In this document: positions 39,301 to 50,898 of the stretch, piece after piece | Layout of the letters: each line of letters opens with the position of its first letter | How positions within the stretch are numbered: the stretch's first letter is position 1 | Assembly: GCA_050953065.1 (NCBI GenBank) | Contig: JBMNLZ010000001.1 | Coordinates: forward strand, 160,001 to 224,000 | Origin: Bacilli bacterium | GTDB lineage: Bacteria > Bacillota_I > Bacilli_A > ML615J-28 > CAG-698 | Length of the DNA: 64,000 nt | Reading direction: 5' to 3' | The notes under the pieces: model-generated | Told to the model about the DNA's origin: nothing | Databases searched by the model: none | What the model saw: only the letters and a program-made list of their open reading frames with translations | Program-made: the position numbers and the translations under genes

Positions 39301-40175
39301 TTTTCTCCCCTACTATCAATATCATTGTTTTTTCTTTTTGATTTTGCATATGCTATCATCAATCTGGCTTTTTTATCATTATCTGATGCTTGATAACCTG
39401 TAATCGAGTACTTCCATTCTTTATAATAGTTTACTATTTCTTCTATTTCATCTCGTTTATCTTCCAAATTATCAAGGGAAAAAGTTTCGCTAGCGTTTGT
39501 CATATATATAGAAAGAAAATTTTCCAAGTTTTCTTTTTTATAAAATTCAAAAACTTCTTTTTCTTTCGCCTTATAATATTCTAAATAAATATTCTCAAGT
39601 CTAGTTAATAAAACTTCTTCTTTTGACTCTTCATCGCTCTTTTTGTTTTCATAAATATCGTTTTTATATTTCAAAATATTTTCAGTTAAATACTCAACAA
39701 ATTCTTTGCAATTTTGTTTTTGAAAATTTTTACTAATTTCATTTTGTTTTTCAGAGCAAAAAATAACCGCAGGAACTAAAAAAGCAGCTTTAGCATCAAA
39801 AAATATTGTTTCTTTATATTCACTCAAAATTGGTTGATATAATGAATCATAATCTTTTTGAACATTTTTTAAATTATTTTTAGCTTTTTTATAAAAAATT
39901 AGAGCTATAACAATCGGAATTAAAGAAATTAAAGTTAGAACTAAATAGAAAGTCTTATTATCAGCTTTTGATAATAGCGTAACTACAATTATCAAAATAA
40001 AAGCAATTAAGGCATACCCAGTCCAATAAAATCTATCTTTTACCTTATATTTTGCATTTTTAAAAGGAAAACTAAATTCTGCGTTAAGCATTTCTAATTT
40101 TTCAATATATACTTCCCTTTTTTTCTCGCTTAAATATAGTAACTCTTCTAGTCTTGTATTACATTTAATTTCCAT
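39297..40175 (-). CDS. Hypothetical protein, 2 TM + charged coiled-coil domain
   Basis: 292-aa ORF with AGGAG SD and two hydrophobic segments. Confidence 0.7.
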   Translation of the reverse strand: MEIKCNTRLEELLYLSEKKREVYIEKLEMLNAEFSFPFKNAKYKVKDRFYWTGYALIAFILIIVVTLLSKADNKTFYLVLTLISLIPIVIALIFYKKAKNNLKNVQKDYDSLYQPILSEYKETIFFDAKAAFLVPAVIFCSEKQNEISKNFQKQNCKEFVEYLTENILKYKNDIYENKKSDEESKEEVLLTRLENIYLEYYKAKEKEVFEFYKKENLENFLSIYMTNASETFSLDNLEDKRDEIEEIVNYYKEWKYSITGYQASDNDKKARLMIAYAKSKRKNNDIDSRGEK

Positions 40176-40287
40176 TTTTACTCCTAATAGTTTATAAATG
40201 ATAAAAAATATTCTTTTTTTATATTATCTATTTTATTAATTCTGATTGTTATTTTTAATATGGTCACTTACATTTTTTTATAATGCC

Positions 40288-42612
40288 TTACTTAAAATAA
40301 ATTATAGTTACTCCTTGACCACCCTCACCATCTCTACCATATCTATATTCTTTAATATGTTTATTAGTAGAGAGTTTATCTAAAACTAATTTTCTCATCG
40401 TGCCAGTTCCAAACCCATGAATTATAGAAACTTGTCCTAATGCTGCTAATAACGCATCATCTAAAAATTTATCTATTAAAATTGATGCCTCTTCATATCT
40501 TTTACCACGCAAATCAAGATTGGTACTAATTTTTTTCGGTATAGCAACTTCAATTTTTTTGTTTGTAACTGTATTTTCATAATTTCCAGCAATTTTTTTT
40601 ATTTCATTTTTTTCTAATAACATAGTAGCATTACCAATGCTTACTAAAAACTTATCTTTTTTCTTTTCAATTATTTTTCCAGATGAATTATAGTTTTTTA
40701 CAAAAACCATATCATTAATTTCAAATTCTTCTACTGATTCAGTTAAATCACTTTCAATATTTTCTTCTTCTACAATATTAATCTTTCCTTGTAAATTAGC
40801 TATTTCGTGAAGTTTGACCTCTTTTGTTTTTAACTTCTTTAATTCTTTTAAAATATCTTTAGCTTCACTAATCTTTTCTTCTATCAGTTTTTGTGAATCA
40901 ACATTGGCTTTCTTAAGAATTTTTTCTCTTTCTATAATTGTATTATCATATAATTCATCAGTCTTTTCTTTTTTTATTTTCGTTTCTAATTCAAGTTTTT
41001 CAATATTTTTTAACTTTTCATCCATTTCATGTGCTTGCTTTATTAGTTTATCTAATATTGAATTCAATTGGTCATTTTTTTGAAAAGCATATTCTTTAGC
41101 TTTCTCAATAACTTCCGTTTTTAACCCTAAATTTTTAGAAATTTCAATAGCATTACTTTGACCTGGAATTCCTAATAACAATTTATACGTGGGTTTTAAA
41201 GTAAACGAATCAAACTCAACGCTAGCATTTATTAAATTAGAATTATTAAAAGCATATACTTTCAAATCTGAATAATGACTTGTAGCAATAAGCATACATT
41301 CTTTGTTTAATACATACTCAATTATTGAAATTGCTAAACTAGCACCTTCTAAAGGATCAGTACCAGCTCCAAGTTCATCAAATAGTACCAATGAGTTTTT
41401 GGTCACTTTTTCAATTATTTCAATTATATTTTTTAAATGTGATGAAAATGTAGACAGGTTTTGAGCAATGCTTTGTTCATCCCCTATATCAGAATAGACA
41501 TTATCAAAAATATTTAAATTGCTTCTTTCATCACAAGGAAGCATTAAACCAAACTTTACCATCAATGAAAGAAGTCCAACAGTTTTTAATAGAACTGTTT
41601 TACCTCCAGTATTTGGGCCAGTGATAATAATTCCCTTATACTCATTACCTATAGTAATAGTATTTTTTACTATGTTTGGGACATTTAATAATGGATGATA
41701 GCAATTGATTAACGAAACTTTTCCTGAATTATTTATATTTGGTTTATTCCCATTTATCTTGATAGAATATTTAGCTTTAGCACATATTAAATCTAAACTC
41801 AAAAAAATATTAAAAGAAAAGTTTAAATCTTCATAATTATCGGCAATATTAGAAGATATTCTTTGTAAGATTTTGACAATCTCTCGTTTTTCTTCTTCTA
41901 GCAATTGATTAAGTCTATTTGATATCTCGCATACTGAACTAGGTTCAATATATACAGTTTCTCCCGATCCAGATTGATCATGAATTATTCCTGGAACAGA
42001 GTTTTTATAATCATTTTTTACAGATAAAACATATCTATTGTTTCTAATAGAAATTATATTTTGTGTTAGTTTTGATGCTAATTTTGAAATTAATTCTTTT
42101 AACTTCTTTTGAATGTTAGCTTCACTTAGTCTTATATTTCTTCTTATATCGTTTAAAACTGGACTAGCATCATCCTTAATATTGCCATTATCATCAATTA
42201 TCTTTTTAATGCTCATATTTAGGTCTTTTGGATATATTAATAGATCTACATATTTTTTATAATGGTCAATTTTTCCAACAATATTGATTGTTTTTTCTAC
42301 AAAAATTTGATTTTCTTTAATGCAATCTAAAAATCTTCCAATTTCGTAAACATCTTTTTCTGATAACAAACCATTTTTAGAAGCATAATTAATATTTTTC
42401 TCTACATCATCGCTAAAAAATATTGGAGGTTCACCAACTCTTTTAATAATAATTGATGCTTCTTCAACTTCATCTAGCATTATAGAGACCAAATCAAAAT
42501 CATTTGTTAAGACAGTTTCATCAATTAATACTTTATTCTTATTTAGTCGTAAAAATTCTTTTACTTGTTCGATGATTTTGTCAAACTCCAAGACTTTATA
42601 AAATTTATCCAT
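40288..42612 (-). CDS. mutS2: Endonuclease MutS2
   Basis: ITGPNTGGKT, DEQSIAQNLSTFS, DELGAGTDP, C-terminal Smr IHGFGTG. Confidence 0.95.
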   Translation of the reverse strand: MDKFYKVLEFDKIIEQVKEFLRLNKNKVLIDETVLTNDFDLVSIMLDEVEEASIIIKRVGEPPIFFSDDVEKNINYASKNGLLSEKDVYEIGRFLDCIKENQIFVEKTINIVGKIDHYKKYVDLLIYPKDLNMSIKKIIDDNGNIKDDASPVLNDIRRNIRLSEANIQKKLKELISKLASKLTQNIISIRNNRYVLSVKNDYKNSVPGIIHDQSGSGETVYIEPSSVCEISNRLNQLLEEEKREIVKILQRISSNIADNYEDLNFSFNIFLSLDLICAKAKYSIKINGNKPNINNSGKVSLINCYHPLLNVPNIVKNTITIGNEYKGIIITGPNTGGKTVLLKTVGLLSLMVKFGLMLPCDERSNLNIFDNVYSDIGDEQSIAQNLSTFSSHLKNIIEIIEKVTKNSLVLFDELGAGTDPLEGASLAISIIEYVLNKECMLIATSHYSDLKVYAFNNSNLINASVEFDSFTLKPTYKLLLGIPGQSNAIEISKNLGLKTEVIEKAKEYAFQKNDQLNSILDKLIKQAHEMDEKLKNIEKLELETKIKKEKTDELYDNTIIEREKILKKANVDSQKLIEEKISEAKDILKELKKLKTKEVKLHEIANLQGKINIVEEENIESDLTESVEEFEINDMVFVKNYNSSGKIIEKKKDKFLVSIGNATMLLEKNEIKKIAGNYENTVTNKKIEVAIPKKISTNLDLRGKRYEEASILIDKFLDDALLAALGQVSIIHGFGTGTMRKLVLDKLSTNKHIKEYRYGRDGEGGQGVTIIYFK

Positions 42613-42676
42613 ATATCTTTATACTTCTTTCTTTTTATTAAAAAATATGGTATAATTACACTAAGGGGTTGATAGC

Positions 42677-43561
42677 GTGGTAAAAACTTTAAAACTTAAT
42701 AACCAACAGTTTGATAAAGTCATAGAATTTTATAGACCATATCAAATTAACAATGCAAACGAATATACAAGTTTTAGAGCAAAAGTCGGCAACACTGTTA
42801 TTACTTGTTATAAAACTTTTACTGTAGCTATCCAAGGCTTAAAGGCCAGTGAAATTTACACAGATATTTCTAGATTGCTCAATTTAAAAGTGGAAAAGGA
42901 AAGTGAAAAATCCATAAGCACTAACCTCAACCTCTCTATCATAGGAACTGATGAAGTAGGCACCGGAGATGTTTTTGGTGGAATTGTAGTTGTTGCTTGC
43001 TTTGTACCAAAAGAACAAATCTTAAATCTTAAACGATTGGGTGTTAAAGATAGTAAAATGCTAACTGATCCAGCAATTATCAAACTCGCTCCTACATTAA
43101 TGAAAAGCTTACTATATACATACATTTATTTTGATAATTCTAAATATAATAGTCTTTATGATCCTAAAAACATGAATATGAATAAGATCAAAGCCATTTT
43201 ACATAATAAATGCATTTTGAAAATCTTAGAAAAGAAACCAAATTTTGATAAAATCATCATTGATGGTTTTACAAATAAAGAAAATTATTTTAGATATTTA
43301 CATGACACTGAAGTTTTTCCTGATATTACACTAGAACAAAAAGGCGAAAGCAAACACATTGCTATTGCTGCTGCTAGTATTATCGCTAGATACATCTTCC
43401 TAGCATATCTTAATAAAATATCAAAAATATCAGGTTATACACTTTTAAAAGGCGCTTCTACTCAAGCAAGTGATTTAGCAAAAACCATCATTCAACAAAG
43501 AGGTGAAGCTTTCTTAAGTAAAATTGCAAAACTAAACTTCAAGTCAGTAAAGAAAAATTAA
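42677..43561 (+). CDS. rnhC: Ribonuclease HIII
   Basis: N-terminal TBP-like domain, IGTDEVGTGDVFG, DSK, IAAASIIAR. Confidence 0.92.
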   Translation: MVKTLKLNNQQFDKVIEFYRPYQINNANEYTSFRAKVGNTVITCYKTFTVAIQGLKASEIYTDISRLLNLKVEKESEKSISTNLNLSIIGTDEVGTGDVFGGIVVVACFVPKEQILNLKRLGVKDSKMLTDPAIIKLAPTLMKSLLYTYIYFDNSKYNSLYDPKNMNMNKIKAILHNKCILKILEKKPNFDKIIIDGFTNKENYFRYLHDTEVFPDITLEQKGESKHIAIAAASIIARYIFLAYLNKISKISGYTLLKGASTQASDLAKTIIQQRGEAFLSKIAKLNFKSVKKN

Positions 43562-43587
43562 TGCTTTTTAAAAAGAAAAGCATTTTT
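43560..43587. terminator. Bidirectional terminator rnhC/rluD
   Basis: AATGCTTTT...AAAAGCATT. Confidence 0.6.
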
Positions 43588-44488
43588 ATTTTAACTCCCT
43601 AATAAAATCAGTAAAATATTCTGGTAGTTCTGAATCAAAATTCAGAACTTTTCTTTTTATAGGATGGAAAAAGCTTAGACTTTTCGCATGTAAAAATTGT
43701 CCATCTTTTACAATTGTTTTTCTTAGACCATAAACCTTATCTCCTACAATAGGAAAACCTATATATTTCATATGAACTCGAATTTGATGTGTCCGGCCTG
43801 TTTCCAGCGACAATTCTAGTAAAGTAAATTTTTCAAATCTCTTTAAAACCTTAAAGTTAGTAACTGCAGTTTTGCCTTTTTCTACTACTGCCATCATTTT
43901 TCTATTTTTCTCACTTCTTCCAATAGGAGCATCAACTTTCCCCAAATTATGTGGAATGACACCATGCACTAAGGCTATATATTGACGAACAACTTCTTTA
44001 TTAGCAAATTGTTTGCTTAAATTTCTATGAGTAACATCATTTTTACAAACAACAAGTAATCCCGATGTTTCCTTATCAATTCTGTGAACTATTCCAGGTC
44101 TTAAAACACCATTAATGCCCGATAAATCTTTGCAGTGATATAAAAGGGCATTAACTAAAGTCCCCTCATAATTACCATGGCCAGGATGTACAACCATTCC
44201 TCTTGGTTTATTCACTACTAAAAGATTATCATCCTCATATACTACTTCAATATCTATTTTTTGAGCAACAGCTTTAGTTTCAACATTTTTAGGAATTTCT
44301 ACCGTTATTTTATCATTATTTTTTAATAAAACATTAGGTTTACAAGGTCCATCATTCAATAATACAAAATTAGAATTAATCAAACTTTGAATTTGTGTTC
44401 TAGACATCTTATCATTTTTTTCTGTTAAATACTTATCAATTCTTTTTTTTGAATCTTCTTCTGCTACTATATAAATCATCTTTTCCAT
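43586..44488 (-). CDS. RluA/RluD family pseudouridine synthase
   Basis: S4 domain, VNKPRGMVVHP, HRIDKETSG, TGRTHQIRVH. Confidence 0.94.
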   Translation of the reverse strand: MEKMIYIVAEEDSKKRIDKYLTEKNDKMSRTQIQSLINSNFVLLNDGPCKPNVLLKNNDKITVEIPKNVETKAVAQKIDIEVVYEDDNLLVVNKPRGMVVHPGHGNYEGTLVNALLYHCKDLSGINGVLRPGIVHRIDKETSGLLVVCKNDVTHRNLSKQFANKEVVRQYIALVHGVIPHNLGKVDAPIGRSEKNRKMMAVVEKGKTAVTNFKVLKRFEKFTLLELSLETGRTHQIRVHMKYIGFPIVGDKVYGLRKTIVKDGQFLHAKSLSFFHPIKRKVLNFDSELPEYFTDFIRELK

Positions 44489-44949
44489 ATTTCGTTCTTT
44501 CCAATTAACATATCAGTAAGCATAAGTATGACTCCAATAGTTAAATAGCTATCTGCAAAGTTAAAAGTCCAAAATCTCCAATTACCAAAAATAAAAGAAA
44601 TCATATCTATAACTTCACCTCTAAAAATTCTATCTATTAAGTTGCCTAAAGCTCCAGCGATAATCAAAATTAATGCTATACTAAAAATGATTCTTTTTTT
44701 AAAATCTATTTGTTTAAAAGGAAATACTAAAAGAGCTATTATAGTAATAATAGCGACAATTGCTAAAATCCATGTATGTCCTGCAAACATTCCAAAAGCA
44801 CTTCCTGTATTAGCAGAATGTGTTAATTCAAGAAAATTAGGAATAACTACAATACAGTCACCTAATGCTAAATTGTTTACAATCATTTGTTTACTAAATT
44901 GATCAGCTAAGGTTAATATAATTATAAAAAACATTCCTAAAATATACAT
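44476..44949 (-). CDS. lspA: Lipoprotein signal peptidase II
   Basis: DQFSK, NTGSAFG, GNLIDR, FNFADS. Confidence 0.94.
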   Translation of the reverse strand: MYILGMFFIIILTLADQFSKQMIVNNLALGDCIVVIPNFLELTHSANTGSAFGMFAGHTWILAIVAIITIIALLVFPFKQIDFKKRIIFSIALILIIAGALGNLIDRIFRGEVIDMISFIFGNWRFWTFNFADSYLTIGVILMLTDMLIGKNEIWKR

Positions 44950-44958
44950 ATTTTCTCC

Positions 44959-45375
44959 TTAAATAACTCTTGAAAATAAAATTAAAATTATCAAAGTAAA
45001 AGCAGCAAAACCTATATTTAAAAATTGATAAAAGAAAATAGCATTTTCATCAATTAGTTGTAAATTTTCCCTATCTTTACCATAAGCTTTTGCAATTTTA
45101 ACACTTAAATAGTTAGAAAGTCCATTACAAAACATTAATAATGTCCAAGAAATGGCAATTAACAAAGTAAATATTTTATAGTTATAAAAATAAGTTCTAA
45201 TTAGTCTATAAATTAAAAATACTAATGGTAAAACCAAAATAATTGTCAAGATAATTCCGCCCATAAAGATTTTAACATTATTCCAAAACTTAAATTTCAA
45301 TTCATAAAATTTCTTAGTTTCTTCTTTCCCTTTAGACCATAGATTCTTTTCTTTTTTTTCAGTATAATTATTCAT
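44959..45375 (-). CDS. Hypothetical 3-TM membrane protein
   Basis: 138-aa ORF overlapping the upstream gene; hydrophobic segments. Confidence 0.7.
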   Translation of the reverse strand: MNNYTEKKEKNLWSKGKEETKKFYELKFKFWNNVKIFMGGIILTIILVLPLVFLIYRLIRTYFYNYKIFTLLIAISWTLLMFCNGLSNYLSVKIAKAYGKDRENLQLIDENAIFFYQFLNIGFAAFTLIILILFSRVI

Positions 45376-46465
45376 TAGTTGTCTCCTTTAACCAATTAAT
45401 AGCATCTAATAAGTAGGTCACTTCAATTAGTTCAAAAGTAGGTTTTTTAATTTTACTATATACTTCTTTAGCTTCTTCATAATTTGATGATGGTATAAAA
45501 AATGCTTCCACTTTATTTTTTTGAGCTGTTAATAATTTCTGCTTAATACCTCCAACTCCACCAACCATATACTCATATTCCATAAATTCTTCATTATATA
45601 CAATTTCAATAGTTCCAGTACCAGCCACTCTAAATCCTTTAGTTAAATCAAATTCAGTTAATGCATCATAAATATATAGAGTTTGCATTAATCCTCCTGA
45701 AGGACCAGTTGATGATAAATTTTCTGCTAATGTATAACTAGGAGTTGAATCAATTACTTCATAATAAGCTTCACCGTATATACCAATTCCATAATTACCA
45801 GACTCTAATAATTGAGCAGGTGATAAAACATCTAAAGAAATATCATCTCTAATTATTTTTAAATTAATATTATCATCACTTGTTAAAGTTCCGTTATTTA
45901 TTTCACTGATTATTGTTAGTGTTTGTTCAAAACTCACTAATTCATTTTCATTTAATTCAATTATTAAATCACCAACTTTTAATCTGTTGTCAAATGTTTT
46001 ATTTATTGAAGTTACTCTAACTCCTTTATATTCATAATTTATATCTATTTCTAAATTTTCTTTATTAGCAGTCTTATAAGCAGCTATCAATGATTTAAAG
46101 ATACTATTTTTTTTATAATAAACCCCAGCAAGATAATCTTCTGCCATTGTTAAATCTACATTAGGATTATATTCTTTTAAATCAACACTATAATTATGTT
46201 GATGTAACCAATATTCAACTAATGAAATTTTTCTATTTTGTAATACACTAGTTGTATAAAAATTCCCTTTTTCACAATCAGATTCTATTTCTATGACATT
46301 TGCTACTGAAGAAATATATCCAGGATAAGTAGCTAGCACATTAACAGTTTTTGTTGTAATAACAATTAAAAAAACATACAAAAAAAGTAATATTGCCACT
46401 AATATTTTATAGTAAAACTTAGATTTTAAAATTTTTTTAAATACATCTTTACAAAATTCAAACAT
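45368..46465 (-). CDS. YlbL/SdrC-like PDZ + Lon-type (S16) protease
   Basis: TM, LKVGDLI PDZ, GPSGGL catalytic Ser, AGTGTI, GGIKQK catalytic Lys. Confidence 0.88.
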   Translation of the reverse strand: MFEFCKDVFKKILKSKFYYKILVAILLFLYVFLIVITTKTVNVLATYPGYISSVANVIEIESDCEKGNFYTTSVLQNRKISLVEYWLHQHNYSVDLKEYNPNVDLTMAEDYLAGVYYKKNSIFKSLIAAYKTANKENLEIDINYEYKGVRVTSINKTFDNRLKVGDLIIELNENELVSFEQTLTIISEINNGTLTSDDNINLKIIRDDISLDVLSPAQLLESGNYGIGIYGEAYYEVIDSTPSYTLAENLSSTGPSGGLMQTLYIYDALTEFDLTKGFRVAGTGTIEIVYNEEFMEYEYMVGGVGGIKQKLLTAQKNKVEAFFIPSSNYEEAKEVYSKIKKPTFELIEVTYLLDAINWLKETTNE

Positions 46466-46466
46466 C

Positions 46467-46940
46467 TTATTTGCCCTTTATTTCTATTAAAAAATCATTC
46501 ATTTTTCTTACTTTTATATTGGCAGCTTTTAACATCCTTTGTCCAGCTATTGAAGAATCAGTTTTTATATATTTATCATCAATGTAAACAATTTCTTTAA
46601 TTCCAGATTGAATTATTAATTTAACACACTCGTTACATGGGAATAAAGAAACATATAAAGTACAGTTTTCTAATGATGTTGTTGAATTTAAAATCGCATT
46701 AGTTTCAGCATGAACAACGTAAGGATATTTTACATTTAAAAAATCACCTTCATTTCCCCATGGAAATTCGTTATCATCACATCCATATGGGAAACCATTG
46801 TAGCCTATACCAACTATTTTATTTTTATTATTAACAATACATGCTCCCACTTGTGTGTTTGGATCTTTACTTCGTTTAGCTGAAAGTAAAGCAACTCCCA
46901 TAAAATATGTATCCCAATCAATATAATTACTTCTTTTCAT
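46467..46940 (-). CDS. dCMP deaminase
   Basis: RSKDPNTQVGA, HAETNA, PCNEC; start revised to 46940. Confidence 0.93.
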   Translation of the reverse strand: MKRSNYIDWDTYFMGVALLSAKRSKDPNTQVGACIVNNKNKIVGIGYNGFPYGCDDNEFPWGNEGDFLNVKYPYVVHAETNAILNSTTSLENCTLYVSLFPCNECVKLIIQSGIKEIVYIDDKYIKTDSSIAGQRMLKAANIKVRKMNDFLIEIKGK

Positions 46941-47127
46941 TTTTTTCACTCTCTTCATTAACATCACTATTTCTTCTAAATAAACAACTATGAGATGTGC
47001 AACCATCACATTTATTTTGTTTTTCTCCATCTACTTTTATCTTTTTATTAATTAAAAAAGATATTAAAAATACCATCGCTAAGCCTAAAACAATACTAAT
47101 TTGCACTAAAAAGCTAGCTATAATCAT
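46927..47127 (-). CDS. Small membrane protein with CxxCxxxxC
   Basis: TM + CDGCTSHSC; overlaps both neighbours by 14 bp. Confidence 0.7.
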   Translation of the reverse strand: MIIASFLVQISIVLGLAMVFLISFLINKKIKVDGEKQNKCDGCTSHSCLFRRNSDVNEESEKNEKK

Positions 47128-47788
47128 TATACACTTCCTTTTTAATAATATAATCAGCTAAAAGCAACCCTGCATAAGCAGTCACACCAACATACGAACC
47201 AAACTGATTTCCTTTTACCTCTTCCCTTGAACAAACAACATAAAAATCTTTTTTTATTTGAGCTTTTCTTAATTTTTCTCTAATAATTTTTGCTATTGGA
47301 TCATAACTTGTTTTAAAGATTTTTGTAATTTCAACCTTTGAAGGCTCAATTTTCTTTGCCATTCCCATCGAACTAATAAACTTTATATTATTATCTAGTA
47401 AATAAGTTATTAAAAAAAATTTATTTTCAACATCATCGATTGCATCAACTACATAATCAATATCTAAATTTTCTAAAAAGTTATTCTTTTGATTAAATTT
47501 TTCTTTGAATATCTTTACATTACAATCTGGGTTAATCTCTAAAATCATCTTTTTTAATACTTCTACTTTTGGTTGATTTATAGTTTTAGAGTTAGCACTA
47601 ACTTGTCTATTAATATTAGATGTTTCAACTACATCAAAATCACATAAATAAAGGTTTTTTACCCCACATCTAACTAAAGAAACTGCACACATTCCACCTA
47701 CACCACCAACTCCAATAATTGCAACCTTTATATTATTAAGTTTTTCAAAATTTTTTTCACCAATTAAACTAATAAATCTATTAAACAT
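47114..47788 (-). CDS. tcdA: tRNA threonylcarbamoyladenosine dehydratase (ThiF family)
   Basis: GVGGVG, SNINRQ, DAID, DPIAK; follows aspS. Confidence 0.88.
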   Translation of the reverse strand: MFNRFISLIGEKNFEKLNNIKVAIIGVGGVGGMCAVSLVRCGVKNLYLCDFDVVETSNINRQVSANSKTINQPKVEVLKKMILEINPDCNVKIFKEKFNQKNNFLENLDIDYVVDAIDDVENKFFLITYLLDNNIKFISSMGMAKKIEPSKVEITKIFKTSYDPIAKIIREKLRKAQIKKDFYVVCSREEVKGNQFGSYVGVTAYAGLLLADYIIKKEVYNDYS

Positions 47789-49530
47789 TATTTTTTTATT
47801 TCCAATTTCAATTCTTTTAATTGCTTTTCTGAAACAACTGATGGTGCTTCACTCATTGGACACATAGCGTTAGCACTTTTTGGAAAAGCAATAACATCTC
47901 TTATTGAAGTTAAGTTAGCCAAAATCATAACTAATCTATCTAATCCTAAAGCAATACCTCCATGAGGCGGAGTTCCGTATTTCAACGCTTCAACAAAATA
48001 TCCGAATTTCAATTTTATTTCTTCTTCAGTTAAACCGATTGCCTTAAACATTTTTGACTGTAAATCTTGATTATGAATTCTAATAGAACCACTTCCAAGT
48101 TCAAATCCATTTAATACAATATCATATTCTCGTGCTCTAACTTTTCCTTGATCAGTCAACAAATATTTAACATCTTCTTCTCTAGGAGCAGTAAACGGAT
48201 GATGTGTAGCAACATATCTTCCTTCTTCTTCATCAAACTCAAACAATGGCCAATCTACTAGCCATAGAAAATTAAATTTATTAGCATCAATCAAGTTTAA
48301 TTCTTTTCCTAAATAATTTCTAAGATTTGCTAATGATTGATTAACTACGTTCTCACTATCAGCAACAATTAGAATTAAGTCGCCATCTTCAATTTGCATT
48401 TTTGATTTTAAAACTTCAAAAGCCGGTTCAATATATTTTGAAATTCCCCCACTTGAAATAGAATTTTCATATTTAAACCATGCCAACCCTTTTGCATTAA
48501 ACTTTTTAACATACTCTGTAAGCCCATCTATATCTTTTCTAGAAAAAGCATCTGCCCTTCCTTTTACATTTATTCCTTTTATTATTCCTTTATTAGATAA
48601 AGCATTTTGAAAAACACTAAACTCTAAATCTTTTACTTCTTTAGAAATATTTATTAATTCTAATTCAAACCTTGTATCAGGCTTATCGGTACCGTATCTT
48701 TCAAACGAATCCTTAAAAGATAACCTTGGAAAAGGTGTTGATATATCAATATTTTTAACATCCTTCATGACTTTTTTTAGCATTCCTTCAATTACATCAT
48801 AAATGTTTTCTTCATTTACAAAACTCATTTCAATATCAACTTGCGTAAATTCCATTTGTCTATCTGCTCTTAAATCCTCATCTCTAAAACATTTTACTAT
48901 TTGAAAATACTTTTCAAATCCAGATACCATTAATAATTGCTTATACATTTGAGGTGATTGTGGTAATGCATAAAATTTCCCCGGATGAACTCTAGATGGA
49001 ACTAAATAATCTCTTGCACCTTCCGGAGTAGATTTACCAAAAACTGGCGTTTCAATTTCTACAAAATCTAAAGAATCTAAATATTTTCTAATTGACTTGC
49101 AAACATTGTTTCGCATAATTAAGTTTTTTTGCATCACAGGTCTTCGCAAATCAAGATATCTATACTTCATTCTAACATCTTCTAAAGCATCTGTTTCATC
49201 AGCAATTATAAGAGGAGTTGTTATAGATTCACTCAAAACTTCTACTTTAAAAATTTCAACTTCTATCTCTCCTGTTGGAATATTTAAGTTTTTGCTTTCC
49301 CTTTCAAGAACTTTTCCCTCTATTAATATAACAAATTCATTTCTTAAATTTTCCACTATACTATAATTTTGATTTTCAGGTTTACAAACAAGTTGAGTAA
49401 TTCCATATCGATCTCTTAAATCAATAAATATTAACCCACCTAAATTTCTTTTTTTTGCAACCCAGCCTGCTAAAGATACTACTTTATTTACATCAGAAAT
49501 TCTAAGTTGTCCATTATTATGTGTTCTCAT
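47788..49530 (-). CDS. aspS: Aspartate--tRNA ligase
   Basis: [44 protein letters not shown]. Confidence 0.98.
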   Translation of the reverse strand: MRTHNNGQLRISDVNKVVSLAGWVAKKRNLGGLIFIDLRDRYGITQLVCKPENQNYSIVENLRNEFVILIEGKVLERESKNLNIPTGEIEVEIFKVEVLSESITTPLIIADETDALEDVRMKYRYLDLRRPVMQKNLIMRNNVCKSIRKYLDSLDFVEIETPVFGKSTPEGARDYLVPSRVHPGKFYALPQSPQMYKQLLMVSGFEKYFQIVKCFRDEDLRADRQMEFTQVDIEMSFVNEENIYDVIEGMLKKVMKDVKNIDISTPFPRLSFKDSFERYGTDKPDTRFELELINISKEVKDLEFSVFQNALSNKGIIKGINVKGRADAFSRKDIDGLTEYVKKFNAKGLAWFKYENSISSGGISKYIEPAFEVLKSKMQIEDGDLILIVADSENVVNQSLANLRNYLGKELNLIDANKFNFLWLVDWPLFEFDEEEGRYVATHHPFTAPREEDVKYLLTDQGKVRAREYDIVLNGFELGSGSIRIHNQDLQSKMFKAIGLTEEEIKLKFGYFVEALKYGTPPHGGIALGLDRLVMILANLTSIRDVIAFPKSANAMCPMSEAPSVVSEKQLKELKLEIKK

Positions 49531-50801
49531 TTATTATAATTCTCCTTTAAATATATAACTAACTTGGAAATCAGTATTTTTTCTTGTACTCCACCTTGAG
49601 AATCTTTCACCATTACTGCCTTTTCCTTAACCTCATTCTCACCTATAATAATAGTAGCTTTTGGCTTTAGTTTGTCTGCTAAATTAAACTGAGGCTTTAA
49701 TTTAGTATTTTTATAATCCATATCTACAATAAAATCATTATTTCTAAGCATTAAAGCAATTTCAAGGCCTATTTTTTTAGCATTTTCGTCTAAACCTATA
49801 ATAACAAAATCAACAGACCTTTCTAAATTATCCCATAAATTTTGTTTATCCATAATAGATATTACTCGTTCAATACCAAAAGCATATCCTATACCACTTA
49901 TGTTTGGCCCACCCATTTGATTAACTAAATTTGCATATTTGCCACCAGCACAGATAGTTAAACCATTAAATTCATCTTCACTTTCTGAAACGAATTCAAA
50001 TACAGTATCTGTATAATAATCTAATCCCCTAACTAAATTTAAATCAATAATAAATGGAATTTTAAATGAATCTAAAATTTCAATCAAATTATTAAAATAC
50101 ATTTTCGATTCATCGGTTAAGAAACTAGAGATTTTAGGAATGTTACTCATAATTTCAAGTTTTTTATCAATTTTACAATCTAAAATTCTTAAAGGATTAC
50201 TTTCTAATCTTCTATTACAATCTTCACACAACATGTTTTTATATTTAGAAAAATATGTTTTTATTGATTCCGCATATTTTTTTCTTGAAACCTCGTCTCC
50301 AATTGAATTTATATGAAGTTTAATATTTTTAATTTTTAGATTCAAAAATACATTGTATGCACTAATTATTATATCTGCATCTAATAGATAACTAGATTCT
50401 CCAAAAGCTTCTACTCCAAATTGATGAAACTGTCTGAATCTACCCGATTGTGGTCTTTCATATCTAAACATTGGTCCAAAGTAATAATATTTGTTTAAAG
50501 CAAATGAATTAGCATATAATTTATTTTCAAGATAACTCCTAACAATAGAAGCTGTCCCTTCAGGCCTTAATGTTATACTTCTATCAGATTTATCATTAAA
50601 AGTATACATCTCTTTTTTTACAATGTCAGTATCATCACCAACACTTCTTCTAAACAACTCAGTGTTTTCAAAAATAGGAGTAATCATTTCGCTATAATTA
50701 TATTTTTGTAATATCTCAAACATCTTTTTTTCAACGTATCTTAATTTAAGACTTTTTTGATCATAAAAATCTTGAGTTCCTTTAATTCTTTGATATGACA
50801 T
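49527..50801 (-). CDS. hisS: Histidine--tRNA ligase
   Basis: [25 protein letters not shown]; ATG 50801. Confidence 0.97.
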   Translation of the reverse strand: MSYQRIKGTQDFYDQKSLKLRYVEKKMFEILQKYNYSEMITPIFENTELFRRSVGDDTDIVKKEMYTFNDKSDRSITLRPEGTASIVRSYLENKLYANSFALNKYYYFGPMFRYERPQSGRFRQFHQFGVEAFGESSYLLDADIIISAYNVFLNLKIKNIKLHINSIGDEVSRKKYAESIKTYFSKYKNMLCEDCNRRLESNPLRILDCKIDKKLEIMSNIPKISSFLTDESKMYFNNLIEILDSFKIPFIIDLNLVRGLDYYTDTVFEFVSESEDEFNGLTICAGGKYANLVNQMGGPNISGIGYAFGIERVISIMDKQNLWDNLERSVDFVIIGLDENAKKIGLEIALMLRNNDFIVDMDYKNTKLKPQFNLADKLKPKATIIIGENEVKEKAVMVKDSQGGVQEKILISKLVIYLKENYNK

Positions 50802-50898
50802 TTTATCCACCTTAATTGATTATTTATATCTAATATTTATAGATATTATATCATAATTTCATACTAAAATCTAGATAAAAAAATAGGATAAAAATATC

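Noticed and set aside
47780-47800. 6S RNA expected between aspS and tcdA as in Bacillus
   Set aside because: The genes overlap by 1 bp, leaving no room
50802-50898. T-box leaders before hisS-aspS (and glyQS)
   Set aside because: Intergenic regions are short and contain no GGTGGxACCGCG T-box motif
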